DNA of 61,248 nt, filler included, from a candidate division TA06 bacterium SM23_40 (GTDB lineage: Bacteria; LJUI01; SM1-40), in assembly GCA_001303705.1 (NCBI GenBank). It is 4 parts of 4 records of this genome, joined end to end, with 100 filler letters (N's around TTAATTAATTAA, not from the genome) between each part and the next. Parts side by side here need not be neighbours in the genome. Positions count along the whole stretch, not along the records: positions 21,555 to 38,631 come from LJUI01000054.1; positions 38,732 to 54,314 come from LJUI01000055.1; 2 more parts are not named here. One strand, given 5' to 3'. Numbering within the stretch: the first letter of the stretch is position 1; each line of letters opens with the position of its first letter. Below the pieces are notes generated by a model. The model ran no database searches. It saw only the letters and a list, made by a program, of their open reading frames with translations, and was not told where the DNA came from. This document shows, one piece after another, positions 31,250-40,412 of this stretch. Position numbers and translations under genes: made by a program.

Positions 31250-32128
31250 TCAGCAGACGCGAGCGAGAATGCTGTCAACCTTGACACGATGCAGGTCCAG
31301 ACCCAGCTCTTCAATGCTGAATCCCTGAGCTATGCCCAACAACTGGCAGTAGTAGATGACCGGTATCTCGTACTTCTCATCGAACTTCCGTGCCACCATG
31401 ATCTGGCCGAGATCGAATGAACTGAAACATGTGGGGCAGATGAGCCCCATGCAATCTGCTCCGGCCTGTGAAATCGAGGCGAATATATCCCGCGTCATCT
31501 GGATCGGTATCTCATCGCTCAGGCACCCTTTCCCGCAACAGAGGAGACGCTCCCGGTGGTTGATCGGAGTCGCCCCTGTCGCCTCCACGAGTCGCTCCAG
31601 TATCTCCGGGTAATCGGCGTCGTCGACGTGCATGATCTGAGAGGGCTTCAACAGATGACAGCCGTAATGTATTGCCACTTTGATGTCATTGAGCGGCCTG
31701 GTCACGCTCTCGCGAATGCGGTCTACGCCGACGTCATCACGCAATACCTCTACGAGATGCCTCACCCTCGTGGTCCCCTCATACCGCATTCCGATCCTCG
31801 CCAGCCGCCGATTTATCCTCTCCTTGAGTTCCTCGTCCTCGGCCAGGAGGAAAGACGCCTCCCGCAGCGTGGAGGTGCACCCACTGCACGCGGTCATCAC
31901 ATCGACATCCTCCTCCTCCGCGACTGCGAGATTCCGCGCCGCCACTGCCAGCCACTGCTCCTTGTTCCTCGCCTTGAAGTAGATCGGATCAGGGCAGCAG
32001 GTGAAGCGGTCAATATCGACCAGCGGGACTTCGAGCCTCCCCAGCGACCTCCGTATCGATGCCTCCATCTGGGGGTACTTCGCGGGAATCATACATCCCC
32101 AGAAGGGCGCGATCTTCCGTTCATTCAT
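31250..32128 (-). CDS. hdrB: Heterodisulfide reductase subunit B
   Basis: FWGC, TCCPDP, ARNLAVAE, CSGC, HYGCHLLKPS, CCG, CPTCFSSFDLGQ. Confidence 0.93.
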   Translation of the reverse strand: MNERKIAPFWGCMIPAKYPQMEASIRRSLGRLEVPLVDIDRFTCCPDPIYFKARNKEQWLAVAARNLAVAEEEDVDVMTACSGCTSTLREASFLLAEDEELKERINRRLARIGMRYEGTTRVRHLVEVLRDDVGVDRIRESVTRPLNDIKVAIHYGCHLLKPSQIMHVDDADYPEILERLVEATGATPINHRERLLCCGKGCLSDEIPIQMTRDIFASISQAGADCMGLICPTCFSSFDLGQIMVARKFDEKYEIPVIYYCQLLGIAQGFSIEELGLDLHRVKVDSILARVC

Positions 32129-32802
32129 CTGTTGCTCCGCTTTGTCGTGCGTGGCTTCTTTCTTCCGACCTTCTTCGCGGACGCCTTCCCGCCGGATGCC
32201 TTCTTCGAAGGCTTCTTCTCCACCCCTGCCCTCTTTTCCGGCCTCACCTTCCCTGGACCCTCCTGAGAGCCCGCCTTCGAACCCAAGGGCTCCAGAACCT
32301 CGCCCGCCCCACCACCAGACGGCACTTCTCCTTCTTCGGGGTCCGCGAGAATCGCCGTTAATTCCTCGACCGGCACTCTAGGTATGGGATCGAGGCCCAG
32401 TTTCTCACGGCGCCTGTTCACCGACTCCGAGAGGACCGCGCTGTGTCCTCTAGAGCTTATCATCTCGGCGAACTTATTCACCTCATCGGGCAGCACCCCT
32501 CTCTCGGCGGCCATGTTCTTCAGGGCGATAATCACCTCAATCGGCCGCACGTCCTGGGGGCACCGCTCGTAGCATGTATAGCAATTGGTGCACAGCCAGA
32601 TTACCGAATCAGCGCCGATCAGCTCCTCCTCCTGACCGAGCAGTGTCTTGAGCAGAATCGTGCGCGGGTTGAAGTCCTCTGAATATCGCGCCGCCGGGCA
32701 ACCCGCGACGCAGGCGCCGCACTGAAGACAGTAATTGTGGTGGTCACCGCCGATCGTACCATCCAGCTGTTCCCGGAACGTAAACGCTATCTTACTGCCC
32801 AT
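32125..32802 (-). CDS. hdrC: Heterodisulfide reductase subunit C with a Lys-rich tail
   Basis: CLQCGACVAGCP, IWLCTNCYTCYERCPQDV. Confidence 0.92.
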   Translation of the reverse strand: MGSKIAFTFREQLDGTIGGDHHNYCLQCGACVAGCPAARYSEDFNPRTILLKTLLGQEEELIGADSVIWLCTNCYTCYERCPQDVRPIEVIIALKNMAAERGVLPDEVNKFAEMISSRGHSAVLSESVNRRREKLGLDPIPRVPVEELTAILADPEEGEVPSGGGAGEVLEPLGSKAGSQEGPGKVRPEKRAGVEKKPSKKASGGKASAKKVGRKKPRTTKRSNR

Positions 32803-32886
32803 ATCTCAGTCTCCATCTGGCCCGCCCCAGGCCTCCGTATTCGGGCGCCGATCATATGTCGCAGCCCCCGGGCCGGCGACGCCCTA

Positions 32887-34029
32887 TCAACCGACGACGC
32901 CCCCGATGAGAGCCATAAGATCAGTTATTTCGAGCCGGCCCTCTATCTCCTTGCCGCGTTCGGACTGTGCACACCGAAAGTGGATCTGACACTTGGGGCA
33001 TGCCGTGACGAGGACCTCTGCTCCGGTAGCCGCCGCCTCCTTCAGGCGCATATCCTGTAAACGCTTGCTGAACGCCGTGCAGTTGGTCCATGACCCGACT
33101 CCACAGCAGATTGCATTCTTTCGATTCTTCGCCATCTCCAGTAGTTCGAGGCCACCGATTGCACCGAGGGCCTGTCTCGGCTCATCGTATACACCCAGAT
33201 GTCTGCCGAGCCGACACGGGTCCTGGTACGTCACGCCCTTCTGCAATGCGCCGAGCTCCAACTGACCCTCACCAAGCCATCCCGCCATGAGCTCACTGAT
33301 GTGGACAAACTCGAATCCGGGGTCACCGAATAGTCGCGGGATCTCCACCCTGAACACCTCGTAGCACTCCGGGCAGGAGAAGATGACCCGCTTTGCCCCG
33401 GCAGTCTCGAGCAGCGCGAGGTTGTGCCGTGTCAGCCGCTTGAAGTTCTCTACGTCGCCGCTCCACAACAGATCGTGTCCGCAGCACCGCTCGTCGGGCA
33501 GGACGGCTGGCGTGATGCCCATCGCATTCAGCACCTTGACGACGCCTCTGGCACCGCTCAACGTATCGACCCCGAGTTCGGAGAAGAAAGCGTCGAAGTA
33601 CGGCAGGCAGCCGACGAAGTACACATCCTCTCCTGCCGCTGACGTGCTGAGTGAGCCATCCAGCCATTCCAGTCTATTCTGTTGCAGTTCGGGAGCTGTC
33701 TGTATCCGCATCAGAGACTGTATCGCCCCACCGTGGGAGCAGGCACCCTCCTCGCCGACACCGTGAGCGCCCTCGCGCACAACCTTGACGAGCTCGATGT
33801 AGTCGATCGCCGCCGGGCAGCGGAGATCGCACTGCCGGCAGGTCAGGCACGACCAGAGCGACTGATCGTGATAGAGGTTATCGTATGAGTTGCGCGCGGC
33901 TCGTACAACGATCGATCGAGGCGAATACCTACCGTCGTACCGAGAGACCGGACAGATGCCGGTGCATTTGCCACACTCCAGGCAGGCATACGCCCTGGTC
34001 TTCCTCACTGCCTCGGCTATTGCTTCCAT
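32887..34029 (-). CDS. HdrD-like Fe-S protein (2x[4Fe-4S] + 2 CCG domains)
   Basis: CLECGKCTGICP, CLTCRQCDLRCP, FVGC, ERCCG, YQDPCRLGR, CCG, TACPKC. Confidence 0.88.
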   Translation of the reverse strand: MEAIAEAVRKTRAYACLECGKCTGICPVSRYDGRYSPRSIVVRAARNSYDNLYHDQSLWSCLTCRQCDLRCPAAIDYIELVKVVREGAHGVGEEGACSHGGAIQSLMRIQTAPELQQNRLEWLDGSLSTSAAGEDVYFVGCLPYFDAFFSELGVDTLSGARGVVKVLNAMGITPAVLPDERCCGHDLLWSGDVENFKRLTRHNLALLETAGAKRVIFSCPECYEVFRVEIPRLFGDPGFEFVHISELMAGWLGEGQLELGALQKGVTYQDPCRLGRHLGVYDEPRQALGAIGGLELLEMAKNRKNAICCGVGSWTNCTAFSKRLQDMRLKEAAATGAEVLVTACPKCQIHFRCAQSERGKEIEGRLEITDLMALIGGVVG

Positions 34030-34487
34030 GACGCTTCCTTCTCCTCATCGCTTGCCGACCGGATGCCGGCCAGCGGGCTCCTCCCCACCTTCTTCACATC
34101 GGCGACGAAGTCCCTTATGACCTGGGCCCACTTCGGCGCCTCGGCGGCCGATATGCGCTCCAGACGCAGTCGTTCCTTCTCCAGGCCGAGGAGGTGCACA
34201 AGCTGCTCAACCTTCTCATACTGATCGCCAGCCCGCCTGGCACCGAACAGGTAGTGGCAGTCCTCAATATGGCATCCCGACACGAGCACCCCATCAGCCC
34301 CCAACTCAAATGCCTTCAGGACAAATGACGGGTTGATCCGTCCGGCACACATGACGCGAATGACACGCACATTGGATGGATACTGCATCCGTCCAACGCC
34401 TGCACTGTCCGCCGCGGGATAGCTGCACCAGTTGCAGGCAAATGCTACGATCTTCGGCTCGAATTCTTCCGATACTTCAGCTCCCAC
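34017..34487 (-). CDS. mvhD: MvhD/FlpD-type [2Fe-2S] subunit
   Basis: [29 protein letters not shown]. Start placed at GTG 34487 behind GGGAGG. Confidence 0.9.
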   Translation of the reverse strand: MGAEVSEEFEPKIVAFACNWCSYPAADSAGVGRMQYPSNVRVIRVMCAGRINPSFVLKAFELGADGVLVSGCHIEDCHYLFGARRAGDQYEKVEQLVHLLGLEKERLRLERISAAEAPKWAQVIRDFVADVKKVGRSPLAGIRSASDEEKEASWKQ

Positions 34488-34569
34488 CGATCGACCTCCC
34501 CGGGAGTAATCGCTGTCGTTCAATACATCGCTATACGTTGGCTCAGGCGAGTCTGCTTTCACTCGGTCT

Positions 34570-37500
34570 CTATCCTACGAGCATGGCCTCGACCATGGTC
34601 TCGATCTGCTCATCGGTGAAGTGACGGATCTGGGCTGCACCGCTGGGGCAGACTGAAGCGCAGGTCCCGCACCCTTTGCAGAGCGCCTCGTTCACCTTAG
34701 CGACGAGCCTGCCATCCTCCAGCTCCACAACTTCAATCGCATGGAACTCACACACTTCAGCGCAGGTGCCGCACCCTCGACACCTCATCTCATCGATGAT
34801 CGACGTGATCGGCTCGAGGGTGATCGTATCCCGGGCCAGAAGCGAACCGACACGCGACGCGGCTGCCGAGGCTTGCGCAATGGAATCTGCAATGTCCTTA
34901 GGCGACTGCGCACATCCGCAGAGGAAGATGCCTTCTGTCTGAGTATCGACAGGACCGAACTTCGGGTGAACTTCGAGAAAAAATCCGTCGACACTCCGCG
35001 GGATCTTGAGCATTGTATGGAGCATCGCCGTCTCCTCCTCGCGCGGCACCATCCCCAGTGACAGCACTACTGCGTCGACGTCGAGCTCCAAGTCGGTCTC
35101 GAGCGATCGTTCGTGAATGATGACTTTCGCCGCGCGCCCATCCCCCTCAACCCTTGGCGGTTCCTCAGGCCAGTAGCGGATGAACAGCACCCCGAGACGT
35201 CTCGCATCCCGGTACATCTCCTCAGCCCCACGCGAGTACACCCTGATATCGCGGTGGAGCACGACGACATTCACGCCACGACGACGCAGCTCGATGGCCT
35301 GCTTCAACATTGCGTGACAACAGTACCGGGAGCACTCGGGATTCCCTTTCTCACCCCTCGAGCCCACACACTGGACATAGGCAACAGTGCGAACAGGCCC
35401 CCCCGCGATCTCAACCGGGCCCTCCCCCCCGAGCATCTTCTCGAGCTCCATATTGGTGATGACATTGGGATAACGACCGTACCCATACTCATCCTCGGGC
35501 TTGTACAGGTCAGCTCCTACCCCCAGGACAATCGCGCCGATAGATAGCTTCTCCTTCTCGTCATTCGAGCGCCTGAGCGTAACATCGAAGTTGCCGACGA
35601 ACCCTACAATGTCTTCCACTTCAGTCCCGGTGCGAACCTCAACTCCCAGAGAATTCAGCTCCCTGACCTTCTCCTCGATGAGCTCGCGGCCTGACCGGCC
35701 ACTCGGATAGAGTGAGGTGAGTTCCACCACTCTACCACCCAGCTGGTCGGCCTTCTCGACAAGGTAAACCTTGAAGTCCCTGGCGGCCAGATCGATCGCC
35801 GTCTGGATGCCGGAGATCCCCCCGCCAACGACCAGGACATCGTGCCCGACCTCCAGATCCCTTGGCGCCAGCGGGTCGAGCAGCCGTGCTCTGGCGACAG
35901 ACATCCGGATCAGATCAGCGGCCTTGCGAGTCGCCGCCTCCGGCTCGGCCTGATGCACCCAGGAACATTGATCGCGGATGTTCGCCATCTCGAACAGAAA
36001 TGGGTTGAGACCGACCTTGGCGCAGGTCTCGCGGAAGATCGGTTCGTGAGTCCGCGGGGTGCATGCGGCGACCACGACCCGGTTCAGACCATGCTCGCGA
36101 ATCGCATCCTGAATCTTCCGCTGGGTCGTCTCGGCGCAGGCAAAGAGTACTTCCTCGATATGGGCGACACCGGGCAGACTCTCCATGCGCTCGACAAGGC
36201 CGGGCACATCGACGACCGCCGCGATGTTCAGGCCGCAGTCGCAGACGAATATTCCGACCCGCGGCTCCTCGGCCAGCTCGAGCGGTGGGATCTCCACCTT
36301 CTCCGGCACCACACGCTCGCCAAGCACATGGCGCGCCGCGAGAGCCGCCACACCCGACGCCTCGGCAATCGAATCGGTGATATCCTTTGGCCCGGTGGCA
36401 CACCCTGCCAGATAGATACCCGGCCTCGTCGAGTCGAGCGGGTACCAGACATCGTCGCGGCACTTGAAGAACGCATCGGTGCCGAGCTCAATTCCCAACA
36501 CCGTCCCGAGGTCTGCCGTCCTCTCCGGCGGCACCAGGGCGGAGGCGAGCACGGCCATATCGACCCGCATGGACTCAATCCTGGCGCGCTCGGTGTCCTC
36601 ATAGTGGATGAAGAGATCGCCGGTCTCCGGGTCTTCCTCTATCTTTGATGGCTTTCCGCGTATATATCGTGTCTTCGCCTCCGGATCCTTCGACCGGAGA
36701 TAGAAGGCCTCAAATCCCTTGCCGAACGCCCGTATGTCCATATAGAAGATGATCGCCTCGGTTCCCGGCGCATGCTGCTCTAGCAGGAGGGCGTCCTTTA
36801 TAGCATTCATGCAGCAGATGCGACTGCAGTAGTGGATCCCACGCTTCTCAGACCGCGAACCGACGCACTGGATGAACGCCACCCGCTCCGGCTCCTTCTC
36901 ATCGCCGGGCCGTACCAGATGGCCACGGGTGGGGCCACTCGCGCTCAGCAGGCGCTCGAGCTCCAGTGAAGTGACCACGTTCTTGAATCTCTTGTACCCG
37001 TATTCACTGATCATCTCGGGATCATAGTAGTCGAGTCCGGTAGCGACGACCACCGCGCCCACATGGAGGTCGACGAACTCGTCTTCCATCCCATGCCGGA
37101 TTGCATCGGGCTCGCACGCCGCAACACAGGCCTTGCACTCAGAGCACCCGGCGCAGTTGAGACACCGCTTCGCCTCAGATACCGCCTCAGATACCGCCTG
37201 CTCCTCATCAAATCCGAGATCGACCTCGCGGAAATCACCGGCCCGCTCACCCAACTCCAGCGTCGGCATCACCGCACGCGGCGCCTGTCCCACCCCCCTC
37301 GTATCGGGCTTCACATCCGTCTCAAACGGACCCTCACCCTCACGCCCCACCGCCATATCCGCGCCACGCAGATACCGGTCAATCGATATCGCCGCCTTCC
37401 TCCCCTGCGCCATCGCCTCGATATACGTCCTCGGACCCGTAACCGCATCACCTCCCGCAAACACTCCGGAAACGCTCGTCGCAAGCGTAACGGGATCCGC

Positions 37501-38631
37501 AGCGATCGAACCCCACCGCGTAATCTCCAGATCAACACCCTCGCCAACACCCTCCAGATCCGGAGACTGGCTGATCGCCGGCACCACCATGTCGATCTCC
37601 ATCCTGAACTCAGACCCCTCGATCGGTATCGGACGACGACGACCTGACTCGTCAGGCTCACCCAGCTCCATCCGCACACACTCCATCGCCACTACCTTCC
37701 CACCAGACCCGATCACCTTCGTCGGAAGCGTCAAATACTCGATCTTCACTCCCTCGTGCTCCGCCTCCACGATCTCACGCTCCATCGCTGGCATCTCAAC
37801 TCGCGACCGCCGGTAGACGATGCTCACATCCTCGCACCCCAGCCGCAACAGCGTCCTCGCCGCGTCTATCGCCGCATTCCCTCCTCCGATCACCGCAGCT
37901 CGCTTCCCAACCCGCACCTTCTCGCCAAGATTCACCGAGCGCAGAAACTCAACCGCACCCCATACACCCTCCAGATCCTCACCATCGATCCCCAGCTTCC
38001 GGCTCACATGCGCCCCGAGACCGAGAAAGATCGCACCATACCCCTCAGCCACGAGCTCCTCGAGCGTGACCTCACGCCCGATCCGCGTGCCGAGCCTGAA
38101 CTCCACTCCCAGCCTCTTCAACACATCGATCTCGCCCTCCAGTAGATCCCGCGGCAGCCGGTAGGAAGGAATCCCCACCGCAAGCATCCCGCCAAGCACC
38201 GGCAGAGCCTCGAACACCGTCACCCCATAGCCCCGGCGCCGCAGATCATAGGCCGCCACCAGACCGGCCGGACCTGACCCCACAATGGCCACCCGCTCCT
38301 CACGCTCCTCCGCGATCTCAAGATCCCACTCCAGATCGCTCTCACGGTCCGCGACAAACCGCTTCAGAAAGTCGATCGCGATCGCCTCATCGATGGTCGC
38401 CCGCTCGCAGGCAGCTTCACACGGATGATGACAGACACGCCCGGTGATGCCCGGAAACGGGTTGCGCTCCCGCACCAGGGCCAGCGCCTCCCGATACTTC
38501 CCTGCCGAGATGAGGGCGGTGTATCCCTGCGCATTCACGTGCAGGGGACAGGCGGCCTGACAGGGCGGGGTGCCCTGACGGTCGATGACGAATTTGTTGG
38601 GAACGGCCTGAGGAAACGGCCGGTAGATGGC
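34570..38631 (-). CDS. Large HdrL-type protein: HdrA module with an inserted GltD-like NAD(P)H oxidoreductase, plus a second HdrA module (5' end truncated by contig edge)
   Basis: Frame is open to the gap (AIYRPFPQAVPNKFVID...PPCQAACPLHVN). GRVCHHPCE, GSGPAGL, GGGNAAIDAAR, YRRSR, then two IQCVGSR/VQCVGSR HdrA cores and a C-terminal ferredoxin. Confidence 0.9.
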   Translation of the reverse strand, partial: AIYRPFPQAVPNKFVIDRQGTPPCQAACPLHVNAQGYTALISAGKYREALALVRERNPFPGITGRVCHHPCEAACERATIDEAIAIDFLKRFVADRESDLEWDLEIAEEREERVAIVGSGPAGLVAAYDLRRRGYGVTVFEALPVLGGMLAVGIPSYRLPRDLLEGEIDVLKRLGVEFRLGTRIGREVTLEELVAEGYGAIFLGLGAHVSRKLGIDGEDLEGVWGAVEFLRSVNLGEKVRVGKRAAVIGGGNAAIDAARTLLRLGCEDVSIVYRRSRVEMPAMEREIVEAEHEGVKIEYLTLPTKVIGSGGKVVAMECVRMELGEPDESGRRRPIPIEGSEFRMEIDMVVPAISQSPDLEGVGEGVDLEITRWGSIAADPVTLATSVSGVFAGGDAVTGPRTYIEAMAQGRKAAISIDRYLRGADMAVGREGEGPFETDVKPDTRGVGQAPRAVMPTLELGERAGDFREVDLGFDEEQAVSEAVSEAKRCLNCAGCSECKACVAACEPDAIRHGMEDEFVDLHVGAVVVATGLDYYDPEMISEYGYKRFKNVVTSLELERLLSASGPTRGHLVRPGDEKEPERVAFIQCVGSRSEKRGIHYCSRICCMNAIKDALLLEQHAPGTEAIIFYMDIRAFGKGFEAFYLRSKDPEAKTRYIRGKPSKIEEDPETGDLFIHYEDTERARIESMRVDMAVLASALVPPERTADLGTVLGIELGTDAFFKCRDDVWYPLDSTRPGIYLAGCATGPKDITDSIAEASGVAALAARHVLGERVVPEKVEIPPLELAEEPRVGIFVCDCGLNIAAVVDVPGLVERMESLPGVAHIEEVLFACAETTQRKIQDAIREHGLNRVVVAACTPRTHEPIFRETCAKVGLNPFLFEMANIRDQCSWVHQAEPEAATRKAADLIRMSVARARLLDPLAPRDLEVGHDVLVVGGGISGIQTAIDLAARDFKVYLVEKADQLGGRVVELTSLYPSGRSGRELIEEKVRELNSLGVEVRTGTEVEDIVGFVGNFDVTLRRSNDEKEKLSIGAIVLGVGADLYKPEDEYGYGRYPNVITNMELEKMLGGEGPVEIAGGPVRTVAYVQCVGSRGEKGNPECSRYCCHAMLKQAIELRRRGVNVVVLHRDIRVYSRGAEEMYRDARRLGVLFIRYWPEEPPRVEGDGRAAKVIIHERSLETDLELDVDAVVLSLGMVPREEETAMLHTMLKIPRSVDGFFLEVHPKFGPVDTQTEGIFLCGCAQSPKDIADSIAQASAAASRVGSLLARDTITLEPITSIIDEMRCRGCGTCAEVCEFHAIEVVELEDGRLVAKVNEALCKGCGTCASVCPSGAAQIRHFTDEQIETMVEAMLVG

Positions 38632-38731
38632 NNNNNNNNNNNNNNNNNNNNNNNNNNNNNNNNNNNNNNNNNNNNTTAATTAATTAANNNNNNNNNNNNN
38701 NNNNNNNNNNNNNNNNNNNNNNNNNNNNNNN
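38632..38731. other. Artificial contig linker
   Basis: N-run with TTAATTAATTAA. Confidence 0.98.
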
Positions 38732-39406
38732 GGGTGGTGCCAGAGCCGGCACTGCCATCCCTTGCGTTGCATGATCCGGTGAACCTTCTTGATGTTGACC
38801 ACAATCCCGTCCTTGAACCGCAGAAAGGCCCATACTCGCCGATACCCAAAGGTCTCATGGGCATCGAGGATCGCCCGAATCCGCCGGGCCAACGCCTCGT
38901 CGATCCTGTCGCTTCGCCTCGCACTCTCTCGGCACTTCGCCTGTACCCACTTGTAGTAGCTCGACCGATGGAATCCCAACGCCGACGCAATCACTCCCAA
39001 GGGATACCCCTGGCCCCGCAACGCCTCGATCTCATCTACCGATGGGTGGTGCGGTGCGCGGTTTTTTTTAGAATCTCATTCTCCATCGTCAACTGGCCCA
39101 CCTTCCGCTCCAGCGTGCTGATGAGCCTCGCCTGGCCGCCATCCTCCCGGCGCCGGCGCTCCTTGAGGGCAGTGCGGCCTCCCTCGAGAAATCGATCCCG
39201 CCAGGCATACAGCTCGGCCTGGCTGATGCCATGCTCCCGGGCCAGCTGGGCTGCGTCACCACCCCGCAGCAGCTTCAACACGAGCTGTGACTTCCGCTCA
39301 CTCGACCATCGACGTACCGTCTGGGGACTCGTGGACATCGGTTCCTCCTTTCCCTGGGTCCCCATTTTGTCACAAACCGTGTCGACTCCTCAAGGGGGTC
39401 AGTATA
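38732..39406 (-). mobile_element. IS3-family insertion sequence, left part (truncated by contig edge)
   Basis: Left end TATACTGACCCCC at 39406; OrfA HTH (LAREHGISQAELYAWR...LTMENEILKK); A8 slippery run at 39062-39069; -1 frame OrfB with RSSYY and FGYRRVW...NIKKVHRIM. Confidence 0.88.
39036..39338 (-). CDS. IS3 transposase OrfA (fused to OrfB by programmed -1 frameshift)
   Basis: ATG 39338 behind AAGGAGG; HTH plus leucine-zipper pattern. Confidence 0.85.
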   Translation of the reverse strand: MSTSPQTVRRWSSERKSQLVLKLLRGGDAAQLAREHGISQAELYAWRDRFLEGGRTALKERRRREDGGQARLISTLERKVGQLTMENEILKKTAHRTTHR

Positions 39407-39545
39407 ATTTGTGCCAACTTCCTGCATCACTCCTCGTAATTGACCGCACTCATCGTAGTCATCGTAAAACGAACTTCCGCCTTCTCGGACAACGAGTTAG
39501 GCGGAAGTCGTTACTTGACAAACAAGTATGTTGTTGTGCTTGGAT

Positions 39546-39588
39546 CGGATTTTGAGTCCGGTGCGTCTGCCAGTTCCGCCACTTCGGC
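39546..39588 (-). tRNA. 5' fragment of tRNA-Leu(CAA); variable arm, T-arm and 3' acceptor strand absent
   Basis: GCCGAAGTGGCGGAACTGGCAGACGCACCGGA-CTCAAAA-TCCG, then unrelated sequence. Confidence 0.85.
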
Positions 39589-39637
39589 ACTGCCCCGGCG
39601 GTCTGCGGCATGGGTTGAAACGGATCCTCTTCTACGG

Positions 39638-39666
39638 AGAATAGCGCCTGCTTCGCCGCGAGTCAA
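39638..39666 (-). promoter_or_regulatory. Sigma70 promoter upstream of the tRNA-Leu fragment
   Basis: TTGACT-N17-TATTCT. Confidence 0.65.
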
Positions 39667-39680
39667 CCACTTTCTCCCCT

Positions 39681-40155
39681 TGTCAGCCCAGAGCAGGGAT
39701 GTCACGTTCTTGCCGAAGCAGACACGTCCTGTTCTGTCGAACCAGAACATTGTCACGTTGCTGCTGCAGCGCGTTCTCTCGCCTCTCTCACCGCGAAATA
39801 CAACGTTAGTTTACCCAAAACAGAGAGCTCCTGAACTGTCGAACCAGGACATAGTGACGTTGCTGCTACGCGCCGTTGAGCTGCCTCTGTCAACACCGAG
39901 CAGGGATGTCCGGTTCTTGCCGAAGCAGACATGTCCTGTTCTGTCGAACGAGGACATTGTCACATTGCCGCTACAGCCCGTTCCCCTGCCTCTGTCAACA
40001 CCGAGCAGGGATGTCCGGTTCTTGCCGAAGCAGACATGTCCTGTTCTGTCCAACGAGGACATTGTCACGTTGCCGCTACAGCCCGTTCTCTCGCATCTCT
40101 CGCCGCGAAATAGAATGTCCATTTACCCAAAGCAGGGATGTTCTATTCTGTCCTG
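39681..40155. repeat. About 4.5 tandem ~105-bp repeats in two variants (A-B-A-A-B')
   Basis: GAGCAGGGATGTC recurs at 39691, 39898 and 40003; the B variant (CCGCGAAATA...TTTACCCAAA) occurs at ~39791 and ~40103. Confidence 0.9.
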
Positions 40156-40290
40156 TCTGTCCCGGCACAGGCATCTCTCTCTCTCTCTCTATATATATGC
40201 TCCTTCCCCTTTCTCCCCGAAAGTGGCCTGTACTGCCTTCTCCAGGGGTGATCGGCGGGCAAGGCTCCCCGGGGCGCGGGCCATTTCCCA

Positions 40291-40319
40291 TTGACAGCGC
40301 CACTTAGCCATCCTATGAT
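40291..40319 (+). promoter_or_regulatory. Sigma70 promoter
   Basis: TTGACA-N17-TATGAT upstream of the 1552-aa gene. Confidence 0.8.
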
Positions 40320-40412
40320 ACAGGACAATGGACCTCGTACGTGTGCAACAGAAGCGGCCGGAACAGGGCTGACGCGAGGTGAAAAACACGTCGATCTGAA
40401 GAGAGGTAGACC

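Noticed and set aside
9514-38631. sat plus Hdr/Qmo-like genes as evidence of dissimilatory sulfate reduction
   Set aside because: They are on different contigs, sat is paired with APS kinase, and no aprAB or dsrAB is present in the window.
39546-39588. Group I intron interrupting tRNA-Leu
   Set aside because: The break lies in the 3' strand of the anticodon stem, not in the loop, and no intron core or 3' exon is visible before the IS.
39440-40294. 284-aa plus-strand ORF spanning the tRNA fragment and repeats
   Set aside because: It overlaps a tRNA fragment and promoter, has a TTG start without a clear RBS, and is open mainly because the repeat period is a multiple of 3.
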